Shown piece after piece: positions 26,331 through 38,419 of a stretch of 64,000 nt of DNA. The translations under genes and the position numbers were made by a program. The DNA is from Macrostomum lignano (Eukaryota), in assembly GCA_002269645.1 (NCBI GenBank), contig NIVC01000020.1, positions 1,302,001 through 1,366,000 of the forward strand, written 5' to 3'. The notes under the pieces are model-generated. The model did no database searches. It saw nothing but the letters and a program-made list of their open reading frames with translations, and was not told where the DNA came from. Position 1 is the first letter of the stretch, and each line of letters begins with the position of its first letter.

Positions 26331-27174
26331 TGTTATATTAGCAGTTGTGTATCAGCCGAGTTTAATCTCAATATATTCGCCAGCTGTAGCGATGCTGACT
26401 AGTTAATTAAAGCCATTGAAGTGAGCACACCGCTGTATTTCACCGGTGCATGGCGACTGTCTGTTTGTACTTTTATTAATTCAGGCGCACCAGCTTTGTA
26501 TCGAATTCAATATTTTTGCACCAATTCTCACCTGACTGAGTGTTCAGATCATGGATGCGCATTCTTCAGTGTTATACTGTAATAATTCAGCGGTTGGAAC
26601 CGTTTTATGTGCTATAAGTTAATTTTCTTATAAGGTGTACCGGTGTTTCATTGCGCCGCTGTGGCTACTGTTCTAAGTCACCTTTTGATCGACTTTGTCG
26701 TTTTATTTCACCGTTTTGCAACCAATATATAATCCTTAGATGGGAGATTAAGACTTAAGTCCTACACTCTTGAGCCGTATTGCGTATCTTCACCGGCTTG
26801 GCATGGCCAATAAATATTGTCCAACTTTAAATTCAATAAATCCGGATGCTTTTGCTTGGCAGTTTTTAAACCCATTTTTAAGAACGAATTTTTCATTTCT
26901 GATAATCGTGAGTTGACTGTAAAACTGGCCGTCTCGCTCATTTCTGGGAAAACAAAATTTTGCTGTCTGGGCTCTGGGGGCAACACCTGAGTGGCCACTT
27001 TTCACCGCGACTAACTCAATATCTCTGGACCGATATCCTATCCGAAGTGTATATGCTAGTGTACTGTCACCCGCTTACCGTAGTTACAGAGATGATGCCA
27101 ATACTTCAGCCTCAGTAGCTGTGCGTACACTGGTGCCACAGCGCCATCCCCTCTGACCCAGAGGAGACCATCCG

Positions 27175-27850
27175 CCCCAACACACCTGCCAAAACACCCT
27201 CTCTGCCACAACACCCTCTGCCCCAATAATCCTCTTGCCATAAGAACCCCTCTGCCCCAACACCCCTCTGCTATAACACCCTCTGCCACAACACCCTCTC
27301 TGCCCCAGCACCCTCTCTGCCCCAATGCTCCTCTTGCCACAACACCCACTGCCGCAGCACCCTCTCTGCCACAACACCCTCTCTGCCACAACACCCCTTT
27401 CTGGCCCAAAACTCCCATCTGCCCCAACACCCATCTCTGCCCCAACACCCGCCTGCCCCAACACCCCGTTGCCCCAACACCCCGCTGCCCCAACACCCCG
27501 CCTGCCCCAACACCCCGTTGCCCCAACACCCCGTTGCCCCAACACCCCGCTGCCCCAACACCCCGCCTGCCCCAACACCCCGCCTGCCCCAACACCCATC
27601 TGCCCCAACACCCATCTGCCCCAACACCCGTCTGCCCCAACACCCGTCTGCCCCAACACCTATCTGCCCCAACACCCATCTGCCCCAACACCCATCTGCC
27701 CCAACACACGTCTGCCCCAACACCCATCTGCCCCAACACCCGTCTGCCCCAACACCCGTCTGCCCTAACACCCGTCTGCCCCAACACCCATCTGCCGCAA
27801 CACCCATCTACCGCAACACCCCCCTCTACCGCAACACCCATCTGCCCTAA
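27175..27850. repeat. About 16-bp C-rich minisatellite (CTGCCCCAACACCC[A/G]T)n
   Basis: Degenerate at both ends and homogeneous in the centre. Confidence 0.9.
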
Positions 27851-28142
27851 CACTCGCTCTGCCATAACACTACCCATGCACTAGTGTCCATCTACTAATA
27901 AGCTGCTAAGAACTTTACTGAGCTGAACTGTATGCGTGTAGCCAGCGGTTTTATTGTAGATGGGCGCTGCAGACTCCAGTCCAATTAAAAAGAAAAAATT
28001 CAAAATGATTGCTGAGAATGTAACTTTGAACACTAAGCGTGCACACGCGCGTGTGCCAACGCATGCAGTTGTTACATCAGATTCGAGCCATTGCGCACAA
28101 GAAACCTGCGATAAAAGCAAACATTTGTCCGGGGGGGGCGCC

Positions 28143-31100
28143 TCACAGCTGGCCGCCAACCCGCATCCTCCGCGCCCGCCTGTCCACCGCGGCGCTGGCC
28201 ACTAGCATGAGGCAGCCGGCTGACACCGCGGCCAGCATGACGCCCAGCTTCTGGTTGATGCACAGCAGCTTGTTGTAGGAGAAGCCCAGGATGTAGCCCA
28301 GCGACTCGAAGAACCGGTAGGCTGAGAACGCCGCGTCCGTTCTGTCTGAGAAGTACTCGCCGTAGATGGCTGCGGGCGGCGAGGTGGACAACACTCTTTG
28401 ATCCTCTGTATGCTTCCTCAGCTCCCCCATCTCTTATCTATCGCCCCGATCTCGCTCGTTTTCCCCGGTGCAGACTCGTGTGATCTAATACTGAGTGCTT
28501 GTGACTTAGAGGAATTCTATTGAACCCCGCTGTCACTCACCGTTCATCTGCGAGTTCCACACCGTGTCCACGCAGCCCCAGGCGAAGGCGTAGCAGTAGA
28601 AATATGCGACCGGCTCAGCCTCCACCTGCCACAGCAGGCCGGCGACCTCCAGGCCGATCTGGCAGCACCCGGCTGGGTGCGGTGGTGGGGTCGGTTTGAT
28701 AGGGTGGGGTTTGATAGGGTGGGGTTTGATAGGGTGGGGTTGATAGGGTGGGGTTGAAAGGGTGGGTTTGATAGGGTGGGGTTGATAGGGTAGGGTTGAT
28801 AGGGTGGGGTTGATAGGGTGGGTGGACAGTGTGGTTTTGATACGTTTGGGTTGAAACGGTGGGTTTGAAATGGTGGGTGGGGTTGATAGGGTGGGGTTGA
28901 TAGGGTGGGGTTGATAGGGTGGGGTTGATAGGGTGGGGTTGATAGGGTGGGTTTGATAGGGTGGGGTGGACAGTGTGGTTTTGATACGTTTGGGTTGAAA
29001 CGGTGGGTTTGAAATGGTGGGTGGGGTTGATAGGGTGGGGTGGACAGTGTGTGTGGTTTTGATACGTTGGGGTTGAAACGGTGGGTTTGAAATGGAGGGT
29101 TTCGTTGATAGGGTGAGAAGTTGATGCGTGGTTGAGCGTCTGGTTTAAAGTACCCTACGATCGATCGTAAGATTACTTTTTTCGATTGCAATAATATTTT
29201 TTTTTTGAACTTCTATTAGTCTGAGAGCACCTGACTCTTCGAGTTTAATTACAAACCCTACATGTAGTCGTAATATGTGCATACATGCATGAACTTCTGC
29301 ATCGGCTACTCAACAGCCTCACCTGCCAGCAGCACCGGCAGCTTGCCGAGCCGGCCGGCCACCAAGCCGAAGAGCACCCCGAGCACATGGCCGGCCCCGT
29401 AGCACATCATCACGCGACCGACCGCGCCAATGCCGCTGCTGCAGGCCACGAAGCCCTGCAGTGTGGGATTCAAGGAAATCATACAGGATGTGTACAATCC
29501 AATATCTTCCTGGGTTAAACCGAATTCCCCATTCAGTAGTCTGTACTCATCCCCTGTTGTACTCATCCCCTGCTGTACTCATCCCCTGCTGTACTCATCC
29601 CCTGCTGTACTCATCCCCTGCTGTACTCATCCCCTGCTGTACTCATCCCCTGCTGTACTCATCCCCTGTTGTACTCATCCCCTGCTGTACTCATCCCCTG
29701 CTGTATTCATCCCCTGCTGTACTCATCCCCTGCTGTACTCATCCCCTGTTGTACTCATCCCCTGCTGTACTCATCCCCTGCTGTACTCATCCCCTGCTGT
29801 ACTCATCCCCTGTTGTACTCATCCCCTGCTGTACTCATCCCCTGCTGTACTCATCCCCTGCTGTACTCATCCCCTGCTGTACTCATCCCCTGCTGTACTC
29901 ATCCCCTGCTGTACTCATCCCCTGCTGTACTCATCCCCTGCTGTACTCATCCCTTCACGGTACTCAGCCCACCTCGGTGAAGTCGCTGACGATGAAGGAC
30001 TGGCTGAGCCCGACATTGACGGTCAGGCAGAGCAGCAGCAGCTGCCGCCAGTCCGCCATGTGGCGCAGCATCGCTAGGATGTTGCCGCGCAGCTGCGCCA
30101 GCGTCACGCGGCGCCGCTCCGCCTCAGAGTCTGTCCGGTCCACCAGCAGCAGCAGCACCAGGACTGACAGCAGCCCGCTGCCCATGAAGCAGCCCATCAT
30201 GATGTAGAACTGCGGGCGGAGTGGGGCTGGCTGGATGGGACTGGCTGGATGGGACTGGCTGGATGGGACTGGCTGGATGGGACTGGCTGGATGGGACTGG
30301 CTGGATGGGACTGGCTGGATGGGACTGGCTGGATGGGACTGGCTGGATGGGACTGGCTGGATGGGACTGGCTGGATGGGACTGGCTGGATGGGACTGGCT
30401 GGATGGGACTGGCTGGATGGGACTGGCTGGATGGGACTGGCTGGATGGGACTGGCTGGATGGGACTGGCTGGATGGGACTGGCTGGATGGGACTGGCTGG
30501 ATGGGACTGGCTGGATGGGACTGGCTGGATGGGACTGGCTGGATGGGACTGGCTGGATGGGACTGGCTGGATGGGACTGGCTGGATGGGACTGGCTGGAT
30601 GGGACTGGCTGGATGGGACTGGCTGGATGGGACTGGCTGGATGGGACTGGCTGGATGGGACTGGCTGGATGGGACTGGCTGGATGGGACTGGCTGGATGG
30701 GACTGGCAGGTGACACAGGGGCAGGTGACAGGGACACGGCAGTGATAGGGACACAGGGGCAGGTGACAGGGACACAGGGGCAGGTGACAGGGACACAGGG
30801 GCAGGTGACAGGGACACAGGGGCAGGTGACAGGGACACAGGGGCAGGTGACAGGGACACAGGGGTAGGTGACAGGGACACAGGGGCAGGTGACAGGGATA
30901 CAGGGGCAGGTGACAGGGACACAGGGGCAGGTGACAGGGACACAGGGGCAGGTGACAGGGACACAGGGGCAGGTGACAGGGACACAGGGGCAGGTGACAG
31001 GGACACAGGGGCAGGTGACTGGGACACAGGGGCAGGTGACAGGGACACAGGGGCAGGTGACAGGGACACAGGGGCAGGTGACAGGGACACAGGGGCAGGT

Positions 31101-33087
31101 GACAGGGACACAGGGGCAGGTGACAGGGACACAGGGGCAGGTGACAGGGACACAGGGGCAGGTGACAGGGACACAGGGGCAGGTGACAGGGACACAGGGG
31201 CAGGTGACAGGGACACAGGGGCAGGTGACAGGGACACAGGGGCAGGTGACAGGGACACAGGGGCAGGTGACTGGGACACAGGGGCAGGTGACAGGGACAC
31301 AGGGGCAGGTGACAGGGACACAGGGGCAGGTGACAGGGACACAGGGGCAGGTGACAGGGACACAGGGGCAGGTGACAGGGACACAGGGGCAGGTGACAGG
31401 GACACAGGGGCAGGTGACAGGGACACAGGGGCAGGTGACAGGGACACAGGGGCAGGTGACAGGGACACAGGGGTAGGTGACAGGGACACAGGGGCAGGTG
31501 ACAGGGATACAGATCAGGTGCCCTCAGCCCACCTTGTACTCCGGCGGTCTCTCGACGCCGCCTCCATCCCCGTCGGCGTTGCCGGCTGAGCAGAAGCGGT
31601 GGCCGCAGCTGAGGTTGCTGACTGCAGAGCCCAGAGCGCTGGCGGGGTGCTGCTGCCAGTCGCTGAGCGCCAGGTAAGAGATGAGGTTGCCCCAGATGTT
31701 GGCTGCGGGTGGTAGCGGGGATTATTGGCTACTAAAATTGGCTACTAAAAGTAGTATCTCTCAGGATCTCGTGGTTTTCAGCATATATTAGTCACAGTTT
31801 GCTAAGTGCAGCACTCTGCTGCAACCTTATCTCCACACGTTTTTGTTCGAGGCATTTTTACCTGCAGTGGTAGCACCCCTTTGCCCGAAATAATCTCGTC
31901 ACAGTGACCCGTTTAGTGCAGACCTTGTCTCATGCCAATTTTTATTTCATATCAGATGTCAGTCTATCAACTAGTCGCTCTGCTTGTCACTCTGCATTGC
32001 TAACTTTCACTCTCTCTACGCTCGAATGTCCCTTCCCAATACACCGCTTCACTCATTGTCACTCTCCTTCACTCATTGTCACTCTCCCTTTACCCATTGT
32101 CACTCTCCCTTTACCCATTGTCACTCTCCCTTTACCCATTGTCACTCTCCCTTCACTCATTGTCACTCTCCCTTCACTCATTGTCACTCTCCTTTCACTC
32201 ATTGTCACTCTCCTTCACTCATTGTCACTCTCCCTTCACTCATTGTCACTCTTCCTTCACTCATTGTCACTCTCCTTCACTCATTGTCACTCTCCCTTTA
32301 CTCATTGTCACTCTCCCTTTACTCATTGTCACTCTCCCTTTACTCATTGTCACTCTACCTCACTCATTGTCACTCTCCCTTCACTCATTGTCACTCTCCC
32401 TTCACTCATTGTCACTCTCCCTTTACTCATTGTCACTCTCCCTTCACTCATTGTCACTCTCCCTTTACTCATTGTCACGTTCCTTCACTCATTGTCACTC
32501 TCCATTTACTCATTGTCACTCTACCTCACTCACTAATTGCCCCCAGGCCACAATCCCCGCTCACAGCTGGCAAACATCGTGAAGAAGACCCCGAAGAAGA
32601 CCGACACAGCGCTGCGCTGCCGACCCTCTGTGCCGTCGCCTCCGCCGTCGTGTCCGCCGGCCCTCGCGTACTCGCCAGCCAGGCGGACAACATAGACCGA
32701 CATGGCAGCCCAGAGCGGGGCGCTGCTGACGCCCAGCAGCACGGAGGCTGGAATGATGGTGCCCCAATGCGGGTACAGGTTGGCCGCCAGGTACAGCAGG
32801 TAGGCGCACAGGCAGGCCGCCATCGTCCGCTTCGGCCCCAGCCGCCCGATGACCAGCGGGGCCAGCGCCAGCGACGAGGCCACGACGCTCGCGTAGGTGA
32901 CGGCCAGGCCGGCGACTCCCAGGCCGCCGGACGAGTTGAAGGAGCTCTGGATGGCGGACAGGCCCTGGTAGCTGGTGAACATCAGCACGAAGCTGAGGCC
33001 CACGGCCAGCAGGTTCTTCACCGACCGGCCGCGGCTCATGGCCGGCTGCTCGTCGGTCTCGAGTGACGCTTTCTCGGTGGCCTCCAT
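28143..33087 (-). CDS. UNC-93-like (UNC93A-type) MFS membrane protein; exons 33087-32565, 31702-31533, 30209-29973, 29455-29323, 28672-28541, 28369-28143
   Basis: KNLLAVGLSFVLMFTSYQGLSAIQSS, RLGPKRTM, YLAANLYP, APLWAA, SNIWGNLISY, CGHRFC, FIVSDFT, WGCVDTVW, AAFSAYRFFESLG. All five introns are GT-AG with compatible phases (1, 0, 0, 1, 1). Confidence 0.88.
28690..29100. repeat. G-rich 14-15-bp repeat (TTGATAGGGTGGGG)n in UNC93-like intron 4
   Basis: Runs of GGG/GGGG with an interspersed longer GACAGTGTGGTTTTGATACG unit. Confidence 0.9.
29534..29953. repeat. 16-bp minisatellite (CTGTACTCATCCCCTG)n in UNC93-like intron 3
   Basis: About 26 units. Confidence 0.95.
30224..30707. repeat. 14-bp minisatellite (CTGGCTGGATGGGA)n abutting the 3' splice site of UNC93-like intron 2
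   Basis: About 34 perfect units. Confidence 0.95.
30708..31512. repeat. 21-bp minisatellite (GGGACACAGGGGCAGGTGACA)n in UNC93-like intron 2
   Basis: About 37 units. Confidence 0.95.
32048..32531. repeat. About 21-bp minisatellite (CACTCTCCCTT[C/T]ACTCATTGT)n in UNC93-like intron 1
   Basis: About 22 units. Confidence 0.92.
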
Positions 33088-33378
33088 GCAGCTCTGGGAT
33101 TCTGGGGGGTGGGCAGCAGCGGGTAAGCCAGTATTTAGAGCTGAGACCCCGCACCCACCCCTGCCAGCTGTTATCAGCTGTGAGCGTCACTCAGCGCTCG
33201 GGGCTGTGCGGCCGGGGGAGCGCTGCTGTGATATTGAAATGTGCTTTCAATGTGCTTTCACTTCGCCACTGACTTACAGATAAATGTTGCTTGTCAAAAC
33301 TCTCGCTGCCCAGATAGCCGCGTGATCTGGGCCTGGAATTTATTGAGTATTTGGTACAGTTGCCATGCTGCTCTCATG

Positions 33379-33447
<69 letters not shown>

Positions 33448-36074
33448 TAGTGTCTTAGTGTCTTAGTGTCATAGTGTCATAGTGTCTTAGTGTCTTAGTG
33501 TCATAGTGTCATAGTGTCATAGTGTCTTAGTGTCTTAGTGTCTTAGTGTCTTAGTGTCATAGTGTCTTAGTGTCTTAGTGTCATAGTGTCTTAGTGTCAT
33601 AGTGTCTTAGTGTCATAGTGTCTTAGTGTCTTAGTGTCATAGTGTCATAGTGTCATAGTGTCTTAGTGTCTTAGTGTCATAGTGTCTTAGTGTCATAGTG
33701 TCATAGTGTCTTAGTGTCTTAGTGTCATAGTGTCATAGTGTCATAGTGTCATAGTGTCTTAGTGTCATAGTGTCATAGTGTCTTAGTGTCATAGTGTCTT
33801 AGTGTCTTAGTGTCTTAGTGTCTTAGTGTCTTAGTGTCATAGTGTCTTAGTGTCATAGTGTCATAGTGTCTTAGTGTCTTAGTGTCATAGTGTCATAGTG
33901 TCATAGTGTCTTAGTGTCTTAGTGTCATAGTGTCATAGTGTCTTAGTGTCATAGTGTCTTAGTGTCTTAGTGTCTTAGTGTCTTAGTGTCTTAGTGTCAT
34001 AGTGTCTTAGTGTCATAGTGTCATAGTGTCTTAGTGTCTTAGTGTCATAGTGTCATAGTGTCATAGTGTCTTAGTGTCTTAGTGTCATAGTGTCATAGTG
34101 TCTTAGTGTCATAGTGTCATAGTGTCTTAGTGTCTTAGTGTCATAGTGTCATAGTGTCATAGTGTCTTAGTGTCTTAGTGTCATAGTGTCTTAGTGTCAT
34201 AGTGTCATAGTGTCTTAGTGTCTTAGTGTCATAGTGTCTTAGTGTCTTAGTGTCTTAGTGTCATAGTGTCATAGTGTCATAGTGTCATAGTGTCATAGTG
34301 TCATAGTGTCATAGTGTCATAGTGTCATAGTGTCATAGTGTCATAGTGTCATAGTGTCTTAGTGTCATAGTGTCATAGTGTCTTAGTGTCTTAGTGTCAT
34401 AGTGTCATAGTGTCATAGTGTCATAGTGTCTTAGTGTCATAGTGTCATAGTGTCTTAGTGTCTTAGTGTCATAGTGTCTTAGTGTCTTAGTGTCTTAGTG
34501 TCATAGTGTCATAGTGTCATAGTGTCATAGTGTCATAGTGTCATAGTGTCTTAGTGTCTTAGTGTCTTAGTGTCTTAGTGTCATAGTGTCTTAGTGTCAT
34601 AGTGTCATAGTGTCATAGTGTCTTAGTGTCATAGTGTCTTAGTGTCTTAGTGTCTTAGTGTCTTAGTGTCATAGTGTCTTAGTGTCATAGTGTCATAGTG
34701 TCATAGTGTCTTAGTGTCATAGTGTCATAGTGTCATAGTGTCTTAGTGTCATAGTGTCTTAGTGTCTTAGTGTCTTAGTGTCTTAGTGTCTTAGTGTCAT
34801 AGTGTCATAGTGTCATAGTGTCATAGTGTCATAGTGTCTTAGTGTCATAGTGTCATAGTGTCTTAGTGTCTTAGTGTCATAGTGTCTTAGTGTCTTAGTG
34901 TCTTAGTGTCATAGTGTCATAGTGTCATAGTGTCATAGTGTCATAGTGTCATAGTGTCATAGTGTCTTAGTGTCATAGTGTCTTAGTGTCTTAGTGTCTT
35001 AGTGTCTTAGTGTCTTAGTGTCATAGTGTCTTAGTGTCATAGTGTCATAGTGTCATAGTGTCTTAGTGTCATAGTGTCTTAGTGTCTTAGTGTCTTAGTG
35101 TCTTAGTGTCATAGTGTCTTAGTGTCATAGTGTCATAGTGTCATAGTGTCTTAGTGTCATAGTGTCTTAGTGTCTTAGTGTCTTAGTGTCTTAGTGTCTT
35201 AGTGTCTTAGTGTCTTAGTGTCATAGTGTCTTAGTGTCTTAGTGTCTTAGTGTCATAGTGTCATAGTGTCATAGTGTCATAGTGTCATAGTGTCATAGTG
35301 TCTTAGTGTCTTAGTGTCTTAGTGTCTTAGTGTCATAGTGTCTTAGTGTCATAGTGTCATAGTGTCATAGTGTCTTAGTGTCATAGTGTCTTAGTGTCTT
35401 AGTGTCTTAGTGTCTTAGTGTCATAGTGTCTTAGTGTCATAGTGTCATAGTGTCATAGTGTCTTAGTGTCATAGTGTCATAGTGTCATAGTGTCTTAGTG
35501 TCATAGTGTCTTAGTGTCTTAGTGTCTTAGTGTCTTAGTGTCTTAGTGTCATAGTGTCATAGTGTCATAGTGTCATAGTGTCATAGTGTCTTAGTGTCAT
35601 AGTGTCATAGTGTCTTAGTGTCTTAGTGTCATAGTGTCTTAGTGTCTTAGTGTCTTAGTGTCATAGTGTCATAGTGTCATAGTGTCATAGTGTCATAGTG
35701 TCATAGTGTCATAGTGTCTTAGTGTCATAGTGTCTTAGTGTCTTAGTGTCTTAGTGTCTTAGTGTCTTAGTGTCATAGTGTCTTAGTGTCATAGTGTCAT
35801 AGTGTCATAGTGTCTTAGTGTCATAGTGTCTTAGTGTCTTAGTGTCTTAGTGTCTTAGTGTCATAGTGTCTTAGTGTCATAGTGTCATAGTGTCATAGTG
35901 TCTTAGTGTCATAGTGTCTTAGTGTCTTAGTGTCTTAGTGTCTTAGTGTCTTAGTGTCTTAGTGTCTTAGTGTCTTAGTGTCTTAGTGTCTTAGTGTCTT
36001 AGTGTCATAGTGTCTTAGTGTCTTAGTGTCTGTCTGTCTGTCTTAGTGTCTGTCTTAGTGTCTGTCTGTCTGTC
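33379..36074. repeat. Two-allele 8-bp satellite ([T/A]TAGTGTC)n, about 2.6 kb, flanked by (TGTC)n
   Basis: Roughly 320 octamers of only two types, TTAGTGTC and ATAGTGTC, in irregular order. (TGTC)n at 33379-33446 and mixed with the octamer at about 36030-36074. Confidence 0.97.
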
Positions 36075-36884
36075 TAGTTACGGAACGCCAAGAAGCAGCT
36101 GTCAGCTTTAAGAAGATCTTATTACCTGTGGGCAAGACGCCACCAAGTAAATTTAAAGAAAACTCACTGTAATGAAAGGACAAAGCAGTAGTGATAAACT
36201 GTAGAGACAGCGGCGCAGTGTTAAATTTAAAAAACCAAAGCCCAGCTTTAGAAAACGGGGGGTAGCGGAGACAGCAGAGGGAAAAATAGAGGTTGAAGAA
36301 GGCGATCGTTAATTTTATGAAGCAATGCAGCCGCACACCCAGCAACTCTATTGGGTGCAGCTCTGCATGCGCAGATAGAGGAGAGGCCCCAGTGAAAGTC
36401 GATTCGAGCGTAGCAAAACGAACAAAATGCAGGATTTGCAGCGAAATTAATATTCAAAGATCAGATCAGAGCACTTGCACCCAGACGGCCAAGCCAGAAA
36501 AAACGGGGTTTCAGAACCCCCGGGGGGCGGAGGAGAGGTGGGCGAAGGGGGTGGATGGGGTTAACACACTACACTGAGGACCCACGGAGCAGGCCTAGTG
36601 TAGACAGGAAAGCGTATGAGCTCACGATCTGAAACCGCAAGGGAAACCAAGGCTTGAACCTGACGACCTGATGCGCTCCACCACCCCACGACCTCCCGCA
36701 TCGCTGACTACCCCAACCAGAGCCGAAACGAGCATCAGCTTCCCGACCTCTGCAAACGGAGTCAAATCTGCCGAGCGTCCACGACAATCGCGTATGACGC
36801 TGCCCTGCGCTGACAATTATGACTTCACAAGGCTAGGCACTGTTTGGAAATGCATTTTCCCATTCGGGGACTTCTCGCGGAGAG

Positions 36885-37610
36885 CAGTGGTATCAGACGT
36901 GGAGAGCTGTGGTATCAGACACTGAGAGCTGTGGTACTGGTATCAGACACTGAGAGCTGTGGTATCAGACACTGAGAGCTGTGGTACTGGTATCAGACAC
37001 TGAGAGCTGTGGTATCAGACACTGAGAGCTGTGGTATCAGACACTGAGAGCTGTGGTATCACACGCGGAGAGCTGTGGTATCAGACACTGAGAGCTGTGG
37101 TATCAGACACTGAGAGCTGTGGTATCAGACACTGAGAGCTGTGGTATCAGACACTGAGAGCTGTGGTATCAGACACTGAGAGCTGTGGTATCAGACACTG
37201 AGAGCTGTGGTATCAGACACTGAGAGCTGTGGTACTGGTATCAGACACTGAGAGCTGTGGTATCAGACACTGAGAGCTGTGGTATCACACGCGGAGAGCT
37301 GTGGTATCAGACACTGAGAGCTGTGGTATCAGACACTGAGAGCTGTGGTATCAGACACTGAGAGCTGTGGTATCAGACACTGAGAGCTGTGGTATCAGAC
37401 ACTGAGAGCTGTGGTATCAGACACTGAGAGCTGTGGTATCACACGCGGAGAGCTGTGGTATCAGACACTGAGAGCTGTGGTATCAGACACTGAGAGCTGT
37501 GGTATCAGACACTGAGAGCTGTGGTATCAGACGCTGAGAGCTGTGGTATCAGACACGGAGAGCTGTGGTATCAGACACGGAGAGCTGTGGTATCAGACGC
37601 GGAGAGCAGT
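36885..37610. repeat. 22-bp minisatellite (GTGGTATCAGACACTGAGAGCT)n
   Basis: About 30 units with recurrent variants (an extra GGTACT; CACACGCGG). Confidence 0.95.
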
Positions 37611-38419
37611 TATATCACGGTCAGTCGACGAACCCGTAGAGCAATGGCCTGCTGTTTACAATGGCCTCAACCTCAACTATTGATGATGCCCAACCAACAC
37701 TTTTCTGGAGAGCGCTTTTAACATGTCAGGAAGAAGCTCTAAGTGGACTGCATGGGTCGACAAACGTGTGAAGAGCAAGACGTACGCTTTGTGTGTTCGA
37801 TCTTCACGTCTGCTGTCACCGGCTCAGACGCTGTCTTTTTGACTTCTTTGAGCTGGTGATCAAGTGGCAGAAACAAAATTAGCGCGACAAGCAGCTCCAA
37901 GCTACAAATATACGAGCTGCGTTCCTTACCGGCCTCCGGTTCATTTCCAAGAAAGTCCGGTGTTGCATCCTTGTGGTTCGGCTGTCCATGGTTGAACTGT
38001 TACTGTTACAAAGCAAAGCCACAAGTTCGCAAAGACGGCGGTATTGTAAGTTGCAAGAGTGCGAGGCCAGCCTGACCTAAAAGTGCGCCTCCACTTTAAA
38101 TGCATGTTTTTTGCCTTCTCTAGCGAGGGCTTCTGCAGTTATTTCGCAGTTAGCCTCAGCTGGAGAGTCTGGCTCTGGAGGCGAATTGCGTGAGAATCTG
38201 CCTGTGAGGTCTGCAGAAGCAATTGCGCATGAAAAAGCAACAATTGATTCAATTTTTTTGCTCTGCTGGATGAACAGCAAAGACTGCTTGGGTCGCAAGG
38301 CATGCTCATATTGCAACCATAAATAAGGCTCCTTTGTGTAGTGCAGCATCGGTAGCATCGTCTATTCGTCTTGCAAGTCAAGGAACACGAAAGGAGGGGC
38401 AGCAGAGTGCAACGGAGGG

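Noticed and set aside
28690-29100. Interstitial telomere
   Set aside because: The unit is TTGATAGGGTGGGG-like, not TTAGGG or another recognised short telomeric repeat, and it lies in an intron.
30197-31489. 430-aa ORF and overlapping GW/TGTQGQV ORFs
   Set aside because: Translations of 14- and 21-bp minisatellites inside a GT-AG intron of the UNC93-like gene.
33447-36030. Binary satellite as a protein-coding or information-encoding message
   Set aside because: Stops occur in all frames and there is no evidence of a reader; slippage and conversion are sufficient by default.
37700-38360. Possible transposase or third-exon fragments (ORFs 38077-38358 and 38111-38326)
   Set aside because: No recognisable motif, weak codon bias and no convincing splice pair with the orphan gene.
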